64,000 nt of DNA from an uncultured Candidatus Saccharibacteria bacterium. GTDB lineage: Bacteria; Patescibacteriota; Minisyncoccia; UBA6257; JACOXY01. Shown here one piece after another: positions 1-9,889 of this stretch. A model generated the notes under the pieces. It saw only the letters and a program-made list of their open reading frames with translations. It made no database searches and was not told the origin of the DNA. The DNA lies in assembly GCA_964357615.1 (NCBI GenBank), contig CAYHMC010000006.1, positions 7,144 to 71,143 on the forward strand, given 5' to 3'. Position 1 is the stretch's first letter. Every line of letters starts with the position of its first letter. A program made the translations under genes and the position numbers.

Positions 1-316
1 CTCCACCGAAAATGTAATCGAGGCGATCGTCTACCATTATTTCAATACGATGCTTTCGCATAAGTACAGATTTACATTTATCACCATGGTCTCCCCACTC
101 CCCACATAAAAGCCTCTTCTCGCTCCATGGAATATTATTTTTTGTGAGCAAATCTTTGGCAACATCACGAGGCATATCAGTTACAATATAAATTTCAATT
201 TCTGGAACTTTTGAAAGTGCTAGGAGCAAAAAACGAAACTCATCTGGATACTTACTAATCACTCCGCCAATATCAAAGCCTATACGCATTCTCTTATTAG
301 ATTTCTTTGGGCTCAT
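1..316 (-). CDS. HAD-like hydrolase family protein, partial (C-terminal part lies beyond window start)
   Basis: Minus-strand ORF starting at ATG 316-314 (MSPKKSNKRMRIGFDIGGVISKYPDEF...) and running off the window start. MRIGFDIGGV resembles the HAD motif I region. ATGA start/stop overlap with the upstream gene. Confidence 0.35.
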   Translation of the reverse strand, partial: MSPKKSNKRMRIGFDIGGVISKYPDEFRFLLLALSKVPEIEIYIVTDMPRDVAKDLLTKNNIPWSEKRLLCGEWGDHGDKCKSVLMRKHRIEIMVDDRLDYIFGG

Positions 317-708
317 CTAAGCAAATTCCTACCACTGCCCTTTCTCAAAACAACTCTTTTTATAACCGAAACTTTAATTTTTATACTCTTTTCCTCTGGT
401 CCTGCCTCTGCAACAGTTCTTTTACGATTACATTTTTTGCATTTATCCCGCACGCCATAGTTATTTCTTCGACAAAAATGGCAAAACCACACAGAAGTAA
501 GCTGTTCTATGGTGGTTCTGTTTTCAAAAAGCGGTGGTGGATCATATCGAATGTCTCCACTTTCATCTCTATAAGCGTCAATTGGCGAGGACCAATTACG
601 CTGTGCAGTTCCTCTAACCACAACTTTCAAGCTTTTGCCATTATCTTCGATTATTTTGCCACAAACGGGCATTTGGCTATCCCCAATATAGACAAAGACA
701 TCTTTCAT
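313..708 (-). CDS. hypothetical protein with Cys-rich zinc-ribbon-like segment and basic tail
   Basis: 131-aa ORF. CHFC...CKKC cysteine pairs. Translationally coupled (ATGA) to the downstream HAD-like gene. Confidence 0.4.
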   Translation of the reverse strand: MKDVFVYIGDSQMPVCGKIIEDNGKSLKVVVRGTAQRNWSSPIDAYRDESGDIRYDPPPLFENRTTIEQLTSVWFCHFCRRNNYGVRDKCKKCNRKRTVAEAGPEEKSIKIKVSVIKRVVLRKGSGRNLLR

Positions 709-786
709 TCCAGAATCCTTTTATAAAATTTTCTTTAACAAAGATAACACCTTCCTTATTTTTATTCAAATTTATACCATATATAA

Positions 787-2247
787 CTAGTAATAATCAT
801 TTGGAGTACTTGCGTAGCAATCATCTTCACGAGCATCAAGAACCGAAAGAGATTCTGAATTTATTAATTTAACTCCCTCAACATAAGCAGAAAAAGTAGA
901 TGTTCCTAAACTTTTTGATTTTATTGTAAATTCAATTGCGCCACTGCTATTGGTATAAAGTGCCGATGGAGTTATTGTGTCTTGTGATTTGTCAGACTTC
1001 AAATCTACTCTTTTGCCTTTTAATCCATAACCAAAATTATCAGCAACATAAACATTGGCATATGTATAACATAAACCATCATTTATGATTTCTTCATCAT
1101 CAAATTCAATCGAAGAAGTCGCGAGCGATATAGTTGGTTCGCTACCCAAAACATTCACATAAACTTTTGTGCTAGTTGATACAGAGTAATTAGATGAGAA
1201 AAGATATTTACCAGGCGGGACTGTTACACGAAAAGATTCTTGAAGATTGCTGGCTTTGGCTGAAAATGATTGCGATTTCTGACTGGTATTATTTTCCGGA
1301 GTAAGATAAAAATAAGCATAACTCATCTGACTCCCGCCTTGAACATTCCACTTAACCAAAAGGTTATCTCCACGATTTATAGTAACCGTATCAGACGGAC
1401 TGTACATTGAAATCTTAAGCGGAATATTTGGGCTCATTATTGGCTTTGGCGTCACCATTGGAACATAATAACCACCGTCAGAATTTGGCTCTTTTTGAAC
1501 TATTACATTTCCATTTTTAATCTCAACAGAAAAGAAAATATTAGGATTGCTTCCAGTCATAAATTCAAAACTATTCACATTTTCTGGAACTATAAAATAA
1601 ACTGGCTGATTCTCTGCGGTGTCGTTCAACTTAAGATTGCTTCCTCCCGTCGACGGAAATGTAAAATTTCTTATATTGGGCGTGATATAGTCCCCCTCTT
1701 CGTTTAAAACTCGACGCAAATTTAAATTAACATTATTATATTGGGAGTTTATGGTACTTGCGGCACCAGAAGATACCTTTAAGTACAAAACAACTGCATT
1801 GATTGATTCGCCAATCTTAAATTGATAACCAGGCCGAGATAAATCTACAAAATTTGAATTAGTATAAGCATTGGGACCAGTTTGTTGGGGTGGATAAATC
1901 GTAGTTGGAATGTTAACTCTGCCAACAGCAACTCTTGTTAAAGAAAATTTAATATTTTGTTCCTGCCACCAAATTGGGTATGGCGAATCAAACGATACTT
2001 CTTTAAATGATGCTGGAAATGGGGTCGGCAAAAGAGTAGGAATAATTTTTGGTGTTTGTATGAATGTAGGTATAGAACTAGTTGAATGCGGGCTCGGGGA
2101 ATATAAAATCGGCTCTGGAGTTGGAGTTCCTTGTTTTTCATCACTAGCTTTATTCAGATACACTGCGCCACCCCCAACAACAATTAAGGCGGTCGCCAAA
2201 GTGATAGCGAGTACAATGCCCACAGGTAAAAATCCTTTTTGATTCAT
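787..2247 (-). CDS. membrane-anchored secreted protein, Pro/Thr-rich linker, function unknown
   Basis: 486-aa ORF. N-terminal TM helix (VGIVLAITLATALIVVGGGAVYL) followed by a P/T/S-rich segment and a large extracytoplasmic domain. Confidence 0.5.
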   Translation of the reverse strand: MNQKGFLPVGIVLAITLATALIVVGGGAVYLNKASDEKQGTPTPEPILYSPSPHSTSSIPTFIQTPKIIPTLLPTPFPASFKEVSFDSPYPIWWQEQNIKFSLTRVAVGRVNIPTTIYPPQQTGPNAYTNSNFVDLSRPGYQFKIGESINAVVLYLKVSSGAASTINSQYNNVNLNLRRVLNEEGDYITPNIRNFTFPSTGGSNLKLNDTAENQPVYFIVPENVNSFEFMTGSNPNIFFSVEIKNGNVIVQKEPNSDGGYYVPMVTPKPIMSPNIPLKISMYSPSDTVTINRGDNLLVKWNVQGGSQMSYAYFYLTPENNTSQKSQSFSAKASNLQESFRVTVPPGKYLFSSNYSVSTSTKVYVNVLGSEPTISLATSSIEFDDEEIINDGLCYTYANVYVADNFGYGLKGKRVDLKSDKSQDTITPSALYTNSSGAIEFTIKSKSLGTSTFSAYVEGVKLINSESLSVLDAREDDCYASTPNDYY

Positions 2248-2301
2248 ATAATTATTATAACAGCATTACAAAACTACTAATTAAATGCGTTTGTGGATAA
2301 C

Positions 2302-2613
2302 TTATTTAATTTCAAAACTTTTTCTTAAAAATATTTTTTTAGACTTCATGGCAACTTTAATAATACTCAATGCCTTCGGTCCAATACCATGAAATCCACT
2401 GATTTGTTTTTCATCGTACTTATTTAAATCAGAAAGTTTTTTTATTTTATTATTCTTTAGAGCCGTTAGCGCTGGTCCGCCTAAATTTTTTGGAAAATCA
2501 CTCTGCAATTTTTTCCTGTAACCAGGCCAACATTTTGGACATACTGGACAATTGCTACTTTTATAAAATTTGTGTCCCCTGCTACAAATTATTAATTTTC
2601 TTAAATTTTTCAT
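2302..2613 (-). CDS. small zinc-ribbon / helix-hairpin-helix DNA-binding-like protein
   Basis: 103-aa ORF with a CxxC...CPxC N-terminus and a GIGPKALSII HhH-like motif. Confidence 0.4.
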   Translation of the reverse strand: MKNLRKLIICSRGHKFYKSSNCPVCPKCWPGYRKKLQSDFPKNLGGPALTALKNNKIKKLSDLNKYDEKQISGFHGIGPKALSIIKVAMKSKKIFLRKSFEIK

Positions 2614-2640
2614 CTTAAAGTAATTAAATACTAAACAATA

Positions 2641-2670
2641 AAAAATCCGCCGGAGAGGCGGATTTTTGCT
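2641..2670 (-). terminator. rho-independent terminator hairpin (AATCCGCC-loop-GGCGGATT, T-run on minus strand)
   Basis: A perfect 8-bp GC-rich stem followed by a T-run lies immediately downstream of the 2672-3637 gene on the minus strand. Confidence 0.6.
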
Positions 2671-2671
2671 T

Positions 2672-3637
2672 CTATAAACCTATACCAACTTTTAATTTAC
2701 CGTCCCCGCTTACACCAGAAGAACTATTTCCGGAATTAATCTTGGTGCTTGATTCAACTTTAATTGAAGCACCTGAGGATGTTCCATCGCCTGAGTTTGT
2801 AGTTGTTCCACCTCCGGAACCAACACCAACTCCTCCTAAATTAATATCTAGGTTAATTTTTGCTCCTCCAGTCACAAGAAGTTTTGCTTCTTGTGCGATT
2901 CGCATCGCCTCTTCAAAACTTGCAAAAGCCTTCCCATAAGAACTTGCCTCCAATTCTGCTTTTCCTCGAACTACGGCCTCTTCTGCAACCCTAATTCTCG
3001 TTTCTGCTTTAGCACTAGCATTAACATTGCTTGCAGATTTTGTTTTAGCAATAAAATCTTTAACCTCGCTTATTTTATTTTCTGTAGCTTTTAGCTTTCC
3101 TTCTGCAGCAACCTTTACATCAACTCCGACTCCCGCAGAAACCTTGGCTTCTGCATCGCTTCTACTTTTAACTGTTGTGCTTAATCTTGACCGAACTTTA
3201 ATTAATAGTGACTCAACTTCTGCGCGACCACTTTCTTTTTTATCAGCAACCCCAACCAATATCTGTTCATTCGCTTTTAGAGATGCTTCAAAATTTGAAT
3301 TTATCTCGAGAATTGCAGTTGAGCTTTCACTCGAATCAATATTTTTTAATTCCTCTTCAAATGCTTTTCCGTGTTCTTCGAACCTAGATTCAATGTTAGC
3401 TCTTGTTTCTGTAGTTAACTTTCCGTCTACAGCAAGTTTTTCTGCTTCTTCAAGTCTTCTCTCGGCGAGTCCAGCACTTAACCTTGCTTTAGCTTCGCTT
3501 CCAAAAGCAACAAAGCCTTGGACCTCTTCATTCAAATTAACTTTAACTGAATACAAAACATCTCCAGGTAAAGAATTTTGCGCGACATATGAAGTACCAC
3601 CGCCAATTAATAATGCTATGGCTAATATAATTGTCAT
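2672..3637 (-). CDS. secreted coiled-coil protein, DUF5667-like (LPGDxLYxxK N-terminal motif), Gly/Ser-rich C-terminus
   Basis: 321-aa ORF with an N-terminal TM/signal segment, a PGDVLYSVK motif, long charged helical repeats and a GS-rich tail. The DUF5667 assignment is from memory and unverified. Confidence 0.45.
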   Translation of the reverse strand: MTIILAIALLIGGGTSYVAQNSLPGDVLYSVKVNLNEEVQGFVAFGSEAKARLSAGLAERRLEEAEKLAVDGKLTTETRANIESRFEEHGKAFEEELKNIDSSESSTAILEINSNFEASLKANEQILVGVADKKESGRAEVESLLIKVRSRLSTTVKSRSDAEAKVSAGVGVDVKVAAEGKLKATENKISEVKDFIAKTKSASNVNASAKAETRIRVAEEAVVRGKAELEASSYGKAFASFEEAMRIAQEAKLLVTGGAKINLDINLGGVGVGSGGGTTTNSGDGTSSGASIKVESSTKINSGNSSSGVSGDGKLKVGIGL

Positions 3638-3761
3638 AATAAAACTTATATTAATTAATAATGGGGATTCGACCCCCTATATATAGAAGCCGTACAAGGA
3701 ACGCGCCTCTTACAAGTCGAAAGTCTTCGCGCCACCTACGAACAATTCAAATCTTACCTTC

Positions 3762-3835
3762 TGGTGGACCATGGGAGAATCGAACTCCCGTACCCCGGAT
3801 GCAAACCGGGTGCACTACCACTATGCTAATGGCCC
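3762..3835 (-). tRNA. tRNA-Ala (anticodon TGC), CCA encoded
   Basis: Reverse complement reads GGGCCATTAGCATAGTGGTAG...CCCGGTTTGCATCCGGG...GGGAGTTCGATTCTCCCATGGTCCACCA. Acceptor stem has G3:U70, anticodon loop is TTTGCAT, and the T-arm is canonical. Confidence 0.85.
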
Positions 3836-4002
3836 ATTTGATAATTATATCTATCTTTTTTTGACAAAAAACTTACTCCTAACTTTCTTTAAGCTAGTAT
3901 ACAACCCAATCCACAGCTTTTCAACACCACAAACCAAATCGCCACTGGCATCCATAAAACTAATTTGGTACAATTTAGGCATTGCGTAATTCGCACGACC
4001 AC

Positions 4003-5049
4003 ATGAACACAAAGATTGTCGTAGAAAAATTAGGAATTATATTAAAGCCAACAAAAAATAAATTTGAAAACAAGGCTGTTTTGAATCCGTCCGTGTACCA
4101 AGATGGAAAAACTTTGCACATGTTTTATCGCGCGATTGACGACAAAGGAATATCGCATATTGGATATGCAAAACTTAACGGGCCAACAGAAATTATTGAA
4201 CGACTCGACAAACCTTTTTTAACTCCAGAGTATAAATACGAAAGGAAGGGTGTAGAAGATCCACGAATCACAAAAATTGGTAAATATTATTATATGACCT
4301 ATGTTGCCCACGACGGCAAGCACGCTGTAACAGCATACGCCTATGGAACAAAAATCTTACAATTAAAAAAGAGTGGCGTAGTAACTCCGGAAATAAAATA
4401 CGACCAAGCTGCTAAATATTTTAGAGAAGGAAAACTGAAAGATAGATATTTCATGTTTGAGTCATATTATGAAGAGCAGGCTGGAAAAGATATTTATGTT
4501 TGGGATAAAGATGTAATGTTTTTTCCAAAAAAGTTTGGCAGCAATTTTGCAATGATTCACAGAATACTACCAGATATTCAATTAATTTATTTTAAAAATT
4601 TTAAAGAAATAAAAAGTGAATCTTTTTGGCGTGAGTACCTTAAAAAACTTTCAAAATATGTGCTCTTAGAAAATCGTTTTTGGTTTGAATCTAGAAATAT
4701 TGGAGGAGGAGCAGTTCCAATTGAAACTAAAGACGGTTGGCTTTTAATTTTTCATACCGTTGAAGAAGTTAATAAAGATAAAATTTATCACGCAAGCGCA
4801 GCACTGCTAGATCTTAAAAATCCGCTTAAGGTTATCGGGAGGTTAGATTATCCGCTTTTTTCTCCAACTGAGAAATATGAAAAAGGGAGGTTTCCTTTTA
4901 ATGTTGTTTTTCCAACTGGCACCGCTATTTTTGATAAAGATCTTTACATATATTACGGCGCTTCTGACAAATCAATTGCGGTTGCAAAAGTTAATCTACA
5001 AAATTTAATTGATGAATTAAAAAGAATTGGCAAAAATAAGACCAGTTAA
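4003..5049 (+). CDS. glycoside hydrolase family 130 protein (beta-mannoside phosphorylase/hydrolase family)
   Basis: MNTKIVVEKLGIILKPT...NPSVYQDGKTLHMFYRAIDDKGISHIGYA...EDPRITKIGKYYYMTYVA... is a typical GH130/DUF377 five-bladed propeller signature. The ORF track starts at 3982; the later ATG at 4003 is more likely. Confidence 0.75.
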   Translation: MNTKIVVEKLGIILKPTKNKFENKAVLNPSVYQDGKTLHMFYRAIDDKGISHIGYAKLNGPTEIIERLDKPFLTPEYKYERKGVEDPRITKIGKYYYMTYVAHDGKHAVTAYAYGTKILQLKKSGVVTPEIKYDQAAKYFREGKLKDRYFMFESYYEEQAGKDIYVWDKDVMFFPKKFGSNFAMIHRILPDIQLIYFKNFKEIKSESFWREYLKKLSKYVLLENRFWFESRNIGGGAVPIETKDGWLLIFHTVEEVNKDKIYHASAALLDLKNPLKVIGRLDYPLFSPTEKYEKGRFPFNVVFPTGTAIFDKDLYIYYGASDKSIAVAKVNLQNLIDELKRIGKNKTS

Positions 5050-5191
5050 AATAAATTTATTAAACAATGAATCCCGTTAGAGTTAGCCAAATAAAATCTA
5101 TGTTAAAATCAATATTTGTTAAAAATAAAGCGTCGGCTGTGAGTAAATTAAACGAGTTACGGTCATTTTTCATGACCTATCTCTAAACGGG

Positions 5192-7426
5192 ATGAAACTA
5201 TCCGGTTCACAAAGTGAATATATTCTATATTTAGCCTCTTTTCCTCCTAGAGAATGTGGTATTGCAACATTTACTCAAGATTTAAGCGTTGCTTTTGATA
5301 AAAAATTTAACCCAGCTATAAAGTCTCGAATAGCGGCACTAAACGACGAACGACACACCATTTATAACTATGGAAATAAGGTTGTAGATCAAATTGTAGC
5401 CACAGAACTGCATGAATATGTAAAGCTAGCTAAAAGAATTAATTCTAGAGACGATATTAAGGTTATAAATATTCAACATGAATTCGGGCTTTTTGGTGGC
5501 GAGTGGGGTGACTACATAATCCCCTTTCTACAAGCGCTCGAAAAACCAGTCGTAATAACTTTTCACTCTGTAATTTCGGAACCAGACGACCATCTAAGGA
5601 ATGTTGTGCGAGCTATTGCAGAACATTCAATGTCTTTAGTTGTGATGAACAAACTTTCAGAGAAAACATTAATTACCGATTACAAAATATCGAAACAAAA
5701 AATCATGGTTATCCCTCATGGAATTCCATCAACAGCATTTGAGCCCAGTGAAATTTCAAAAGAAAAACTTGGGCTATCTGGCAATACAGTGCTCTCAACA
5801 TTTGGAATGTTAAGCCCCAACAAGGGAATCGAATATGCTATTCGCGCGCTTCCAGAAGTTATAAAACAATTTCCAAATGTGGTCTATTTAGTGCTCGGCG
5901 AAACACATCCTCTAATTAGAAAATCAAACGGAGAAGAATATAGAAATTTTTTAATAAAAGAAGTTGGTCGTCTTGGTCTCGACAAACATGTAAAGTTTTA
6001 TAATAAATACCTAACTCTCGATGAAATAGTTTCATTTTTGAAGGCAACAGATATTTATATTGGACCATCACTAGACATGCGCCAGTCTGTTTCTGGAACT
6101 CTTTCTTATGCGCTGGGGTGTGGTAGACCAGTAATATCAACCGAGTCAGAATATGCAAAATATTTAATTGATAGCACTGTAGGTCTTTTAGTAAAACCAA
6201 AAAACGATAGAGCTCTAAGAGATGCGATACTTCAAATGCTTCAGGACCCAAAATGGATGAAAAGTCTAAGCGCACAAGCATATGAAAAATCTCGCCCTAT
6301 GACATGGCCAAATGTAGCAGCAGCACATATGAATTTATATAAGAAATTTACTGAATTTGGTGAAGAAGAAAAGAAGCTCCCCGAACTAAAACTAGATCAT
6401 CTAAAGAGACTGACTGATAAATTCGGCATTTTGCATTTTGCTAAATACAGCACTCCTGAAACTAGGTATGGTTACAATCTCGACGACAATGCTAGGGCCT
6501 TAATTGTCGCAACACAAAGTTACGCACGAAATCACACGGTTGAAATGCTAGATTATATCAAAATCTACTTAAGCTATTTTGAATTTGTAATGCGTTCTGA
6601 TGGAACTTTTGCAAATATTGTTTCTTCTAAGTTAGTAAGAGACAAAACGCGAGACGAAGATGTCCAAGGCAGAGCATTTTGGGCACTTGGATATGTGGCT
6701 GCACAAAACTCTCTTCCAAAGGAAGTTGTTGATAAAGCAACGATTCTACTTAAGAAGGGACTGCGCAATGTGAGGGGTCTTAAATCCCCTCGGGCCATAG
6801 CCTTTACAATGATTGGCCTTTATTACTTCATAAAAAGCAATCCACAAAAATCTTTAATGCAAATTTTTACTAAATTTGCAGACTCTCTCACCGCTTTATA
6901 TAAAGAAAATTCGGATGCCGATTGGCAATGGTTTGAACCGCACCTTACATACTCAAACGCCGCTCTCCCCGAAGCGCTATTTTATGCTTATGAGTTAGTT
7001 AAAGATAAAAAATATTTAAATGTCGCTGAAGAATCTATCGCTTTTCTTAAAGGAATAACTTTTCTAAAAAAGCATTACTCTCCTATCGGCCAAAAAGGAT
7101 GGTTCTTCAGAGACAAGGCTAGGGCATTTTTTGATCAACAGCCAGAAGATACCGCACACATGGTTCAAGCCAAACTCACAGCTTATAATGTAACTGGCAA
7201 GTCAGAGCACTTTGAAGATGCGTACCGTGCATTTCAATGGTTTCTTGGCAAAAACTTTTTAAATCAAGTTATTTACGATGAGGGAACGGGTGGGTGTCAC
7301 GATGGATTAGGACAAGATGGAGTCAATTTGAACCAAGGCTCAGAATCTACAATATCTTACCTCCTAGCAAGATTGGCATTTGAAAATATAAACAAACCTC
7401 AAACCGACCTAGTACAAGAAGCGTAA
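5192..7426 (+). CDS. glycosyltransferase family 4 (GT-B, group 1) fused to a C-terminal (alpha/alpha)6-barrel-like domain
   Basis: 744 aa. N-terminus YILYLASFPPRECGIATFTQDL plus a GT4-type C-terminal lobe (about aa 1-390). The following roughly 350 aa (FGILHFAKYSTPETRYGYNLDDNARALI...) look like a glycosidase/epimerase-type alpha-barrel. Confidence 0.65.
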   Translation: MKLSGSQSEYILYLASFPPRECGIATFTQDLSVAFDKKFNPAIKSRIAALNDERHTIYNYGNKVVDQIVATELHEYVKLAKRINSRDDIKVINIQHEFGLFGGEWGDYIIPFLQALEKPVVITFHSVISEPDDHLRNVVRAIAEHSMSLVVMNKLSEKTLITDYKISKQKIMVIPHGIPSTAFEPSEISKEKLGLSGNTVLSTFGMLSPNKGIEYAIRALPEVIKQFPNVVYLVLGETHPLIRKSNGEEYRNFLIKEVGRLGLDKHVKFYNKYLTLDEIVSFLKATDIYIGPSLDMRQSVSGTLSYALGCGRPVISTESEYAKYLIDSTVGLLVKPKNDRALRDAILQMLQDPKWMKSLSAQAYEKSRPMTWPNVAAAHMNLYKKFTEFGEEEKKLPELKLDHLKRLTDKFGILHFAKYSTPETRYGYNLDDNARALIVATQSYARNHTVEMLDYIKIYLSYFEFVMRSDGTFANIVSSKLVRDKTRDEDVQGRAFWALGYVAAQNSLPKEVVDKATILLKKGLRNVRGLKSPRAIAFTMIGLYYFIKSNPQKSLMQIFTKFADSLTALYKENSDADWQWFEPHLTYSNAALPEALFYAYELVKDKKYLNVAEESIAFLKGITFLKKHYSPIGQKGWFFRDKARAFFDQQPEDTAHMVQAKLTAYNVTGKSEHFEDAYRAFQWFLGKNFLNQVIYDEGTGGCHDGLGQDGVNLNQGSESTISYLLARLAFENINKPQTDLVQEA

Positions 7427-7661
7427 GGGATGCGGAGATATTTTTTAGACTCATAGGCCTTCGCAAAATGAAATCTCTCTCACTCATTGGGAGAAACTAT
7501 TTCGTAAAACATCGAACTCGACCTCGCTTCGCTTGGGACTCATACAGCGATGTTTTTCTGTTTCTGCCTCTTCGTTCTGAGATTTCTATTTTACTCCGAC
7601 AATATTCCCTAAAAAAATATCTCCTTATCTTTTGGTTGTGGTTGTTGTATAATTAATAGCA

Positions 7662-8825
7662 ATGACAAAAATAATTGATAAAGCATACGAAGAAGCTATA
7701 AAAACATTAGAACATTGCGCAAAACCAGTTGGTTTCTATGCATCAGGATTAAAAGGTGGTTACGAAGCAGTTTGGGCAAGAGATTCAATGATAACATCAC
7801 TCGGAGCTTCATTAGTTAATAAAAAATTTCAAACACCTTTTAAAAAAAGTTTAGAATCGCTTGGCAAAAATCAAGCGTGGCATGGAGCAATTCCAAATGC
7901 AGTTGGTTCTTGGAATGATGAGCGTAAGTCAGATGTAACATTTAACTCAATTGATTCTAGTTTGTGGTTTATTATTGGGCATTTCGTTTACGCAAAAGCA
8001 TATGGCGATAAATCACTACTAAAAAAATACAAAAAAAATATTGACGCCTCGTTGCTTTGGGTTAGATACCAAGATCCAAATAACGACGGCCTTCCAGTTC
8101 AGCAACCAACAATGGATTGGGAAGATATCTTTCCTCACAAATACGGCAGAGTTTTAAACACGCAGGCACTTTATTATGCTTCGCTTAAATTTCTAGGCGA
8201 GAATAAAAAAGCTGAACATTTAAAGAAAATTGTAAACGGAGAAACTCAAAAAACTATTTCACTCTATAGTAATAAGCTTGGTTACTATGTTCCTTGGGTT
8301 TGGAAATATCATGGACCATTGGGTCGAGAAGAAGAGCATTGGTTTGATACCTTGGGAAACTTACTAGCAATAGTAACTGGTCTTGCAACGCCAAATATCT
8401 CAAAAAGTATTTTAAATTACATAGAAAAAAATAAGATAAACAAACCCTACCCCTGTAAAACAATTTGGCCAACATTAAAAAAGGGTGACAAAGAATGGCA
8501 TTGGTATTTTGATTCAGCTGAATGCAAAGACCCATTTCACTATTCAAACGCCGGCATCTGGCCTTTCATTGGTGGCTTTTATATAGCAGCTCTGGTTAAA
8601 GACGGTCAATTTAAAAAAGCAGAGATTGAATTAGAAAAACTAGCTGAGGCAAATAAAAAAGTGCACCCCAAAGAAAAACGAGTTAAGGAATTCGGATTCC
8701 AAGAATGGCTCCATGGTAAAACCGGTGAAGCTAAAGGCGGTTCTTCCGCTTATCAAGCGTGGTCAGCGGGAGCATATATTTACGCTTACAAATGCGTAAA
8801 AAATAAAAAAACTCTATATTTTTAA
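7662..8825 (+). CDS. (alpha/alpha)6-barrel glycoside hydrolase-like protein (GH63/GH100/GDE-like; exact family uncertain)
   Basis: 387 aa. An AVWARDSMITSLGA motif is typical of GH15/63/100/GDE-type barrels. It sits inside the GH130 cluster. Confidence 0.5.
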   Translation: MTKIIDKAYEEAIKTLEHCAKPVGFYASGLKGGYEAVWARDSMITSLGASLVNKKFQTPFKKSLESLGKNQAWHGAIPNAVGSWNDERKSDVTFNSIDSSLWFIIGHFVYAKAYGDKSLLKKYKKNIDASLLWVRYQDPNNDGLPVQQPTMDWEDIFPHKYGRVLNTQALYYASLKFLGENKKAEHLKKIVNGETQKTISLYSNKLGYYVPWVWKYHGPLGREEEHWFDTLGNLLAIVTGLATPNISKSILNYIEKNKINKPYPCKTIWPTLKKGDKEWHWYFDSAECKDPFHYSNAGIWPFIGGFYIAALVKDGQFKKAEIELEKLAEANKKVHPKEKRVKEFGFQEWLHGKTGEAKGGSSAYQAWSAGAYIYAYKCVKNKKTLYF

Positions 8826-8832
8826 CATAAAC

Positions 8833-9876
8833 ATGTTTGCTCGCTCAAATAGTAATCCGATTTTAAAACCTAATACAAAAAATGAGTGGGAAAGTTTTAA
8901 AGTCTATAACCCAGGTGCATTCTACGAAGATGGCGTTTACCATCTTTTTTATCGTGCCATGGGCAAAAATTGGATATCATCTATTGGACATGCCGTATCT
9001 GGTGATGGTGAAAATTTTGAACGCTCTAAGAGTCCGCTTCTCGCTTCTCCTCATAATTCCTACAGCATAGAAGATCCACGGGTAACAAAAATAAAGGATA
9101 AATATTTTTTAACGTTTACTCGCTACGATAAACTAAATGTTACCTTAAATCTTGCAACATCTACAGATTTAAAAAATTGGAATGTACATGGCGAAATGAT
9201 TCCAAGTTGGGATTTTAAAAAAGCCAGTGGGTTTTTGGTTGACTGGGATCCAGCCCAAGTTGAAGCAGAAAAAAATCTGGAAGCTAGTCACAAATGGTGC
9301 AAGGCCGGTGGAATTTTTGGAGAAATAATTGGTGACAAATATTGGATGCTCTTCGGAGATAGGCATATTTGGTTAGCAAATTCTGATGATGGAATAACTT
9401 GGAATCCAATATGGGAACCATTTATCAAGGCGCGAGGCAAAAACTATTTTGACGAAGAACATATAGAAATGGGTCCACCACCTATAAAAACTTCAAAGGG
9501 GTGGCTAGTTTTATATCATGGAGTAAATGATAAAATTGTTTACCGTCTTGGATTTATGCTTTTGGATTTAAATGATCCAACAAAAATACTTTATCGATCT
9601 AAGGATGCAATCTTTGAACCTCAAGAGTCATACGAGCTAAAAGGAATTGTGGATATTTTACCAGGTGGCTCTAAAGCAATGGAGAAAATGAATACGGAAG
9701 AGCTTGCAGAGTTTATTCAAAGATACGAAGAGAAAGACAAAATGCCTCGAGTAGCTTTTGTAAATGGTGCAGTTTTGGTTGGAGACACTTTGCGTATTTA
9801 TTACGGAGCAAGCGATTCGGTAATTTGCACTGCAACGGCAAATATAAGTGCTATTTTAAATCTTACACAAAGTTAA
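8833..9876 (+). CDS. glycoside hydrolase family 130 protein (second copy)
   Basis: NPILKPNTKNEWESFKVYNPGAFYEDGVYHLFYRAMG...IEDPRVTKIKDKYFLTFTRYD is a GH130 signature. It is a paralog of the 4003-5049 gene. Confidence 0.75.
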   Translation: MFARSNSNPILKPNTKNEWESFKVYNPGAFYEDGVYHLFYRAMGKNWISSIGHAVSGDGENFERSKSPLLASPHNSYSIEDPRVTKIKDKYFLTFTRYDKLNVTLNLATSTDLKNWNVHGEMIPSWDFKKASGFLVDWDPAQVEAEKNLEASHKWCKAGGIFGEIIGDKYWMLFGDRHIWLANSDDGITWNPIWEPFIKARGKNYFDEEHIEMGPPPIKTSKGWLVLYHGVNDKIVYRLGFMLLDLNDPTKILYRSKDAIFEPQESYELKGIVDILPGGSKAMEKMNTEELAEFIQRYEEKDKMPRVAFVNGAVLVGDTLRIYYGASDSVICTATANISAILNLTQS

Positions 9877-9889
9877 AACAAAAAAGACC

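Noticed and set aside
3661-3761. A second complete tRNA gene adjacent to tRNA-Ala(TGC)
   Set aside because: Only a T-arm-like hairpin is present. No acceptor stem pairing or anticodon arm could be built, so no tRNA is called.
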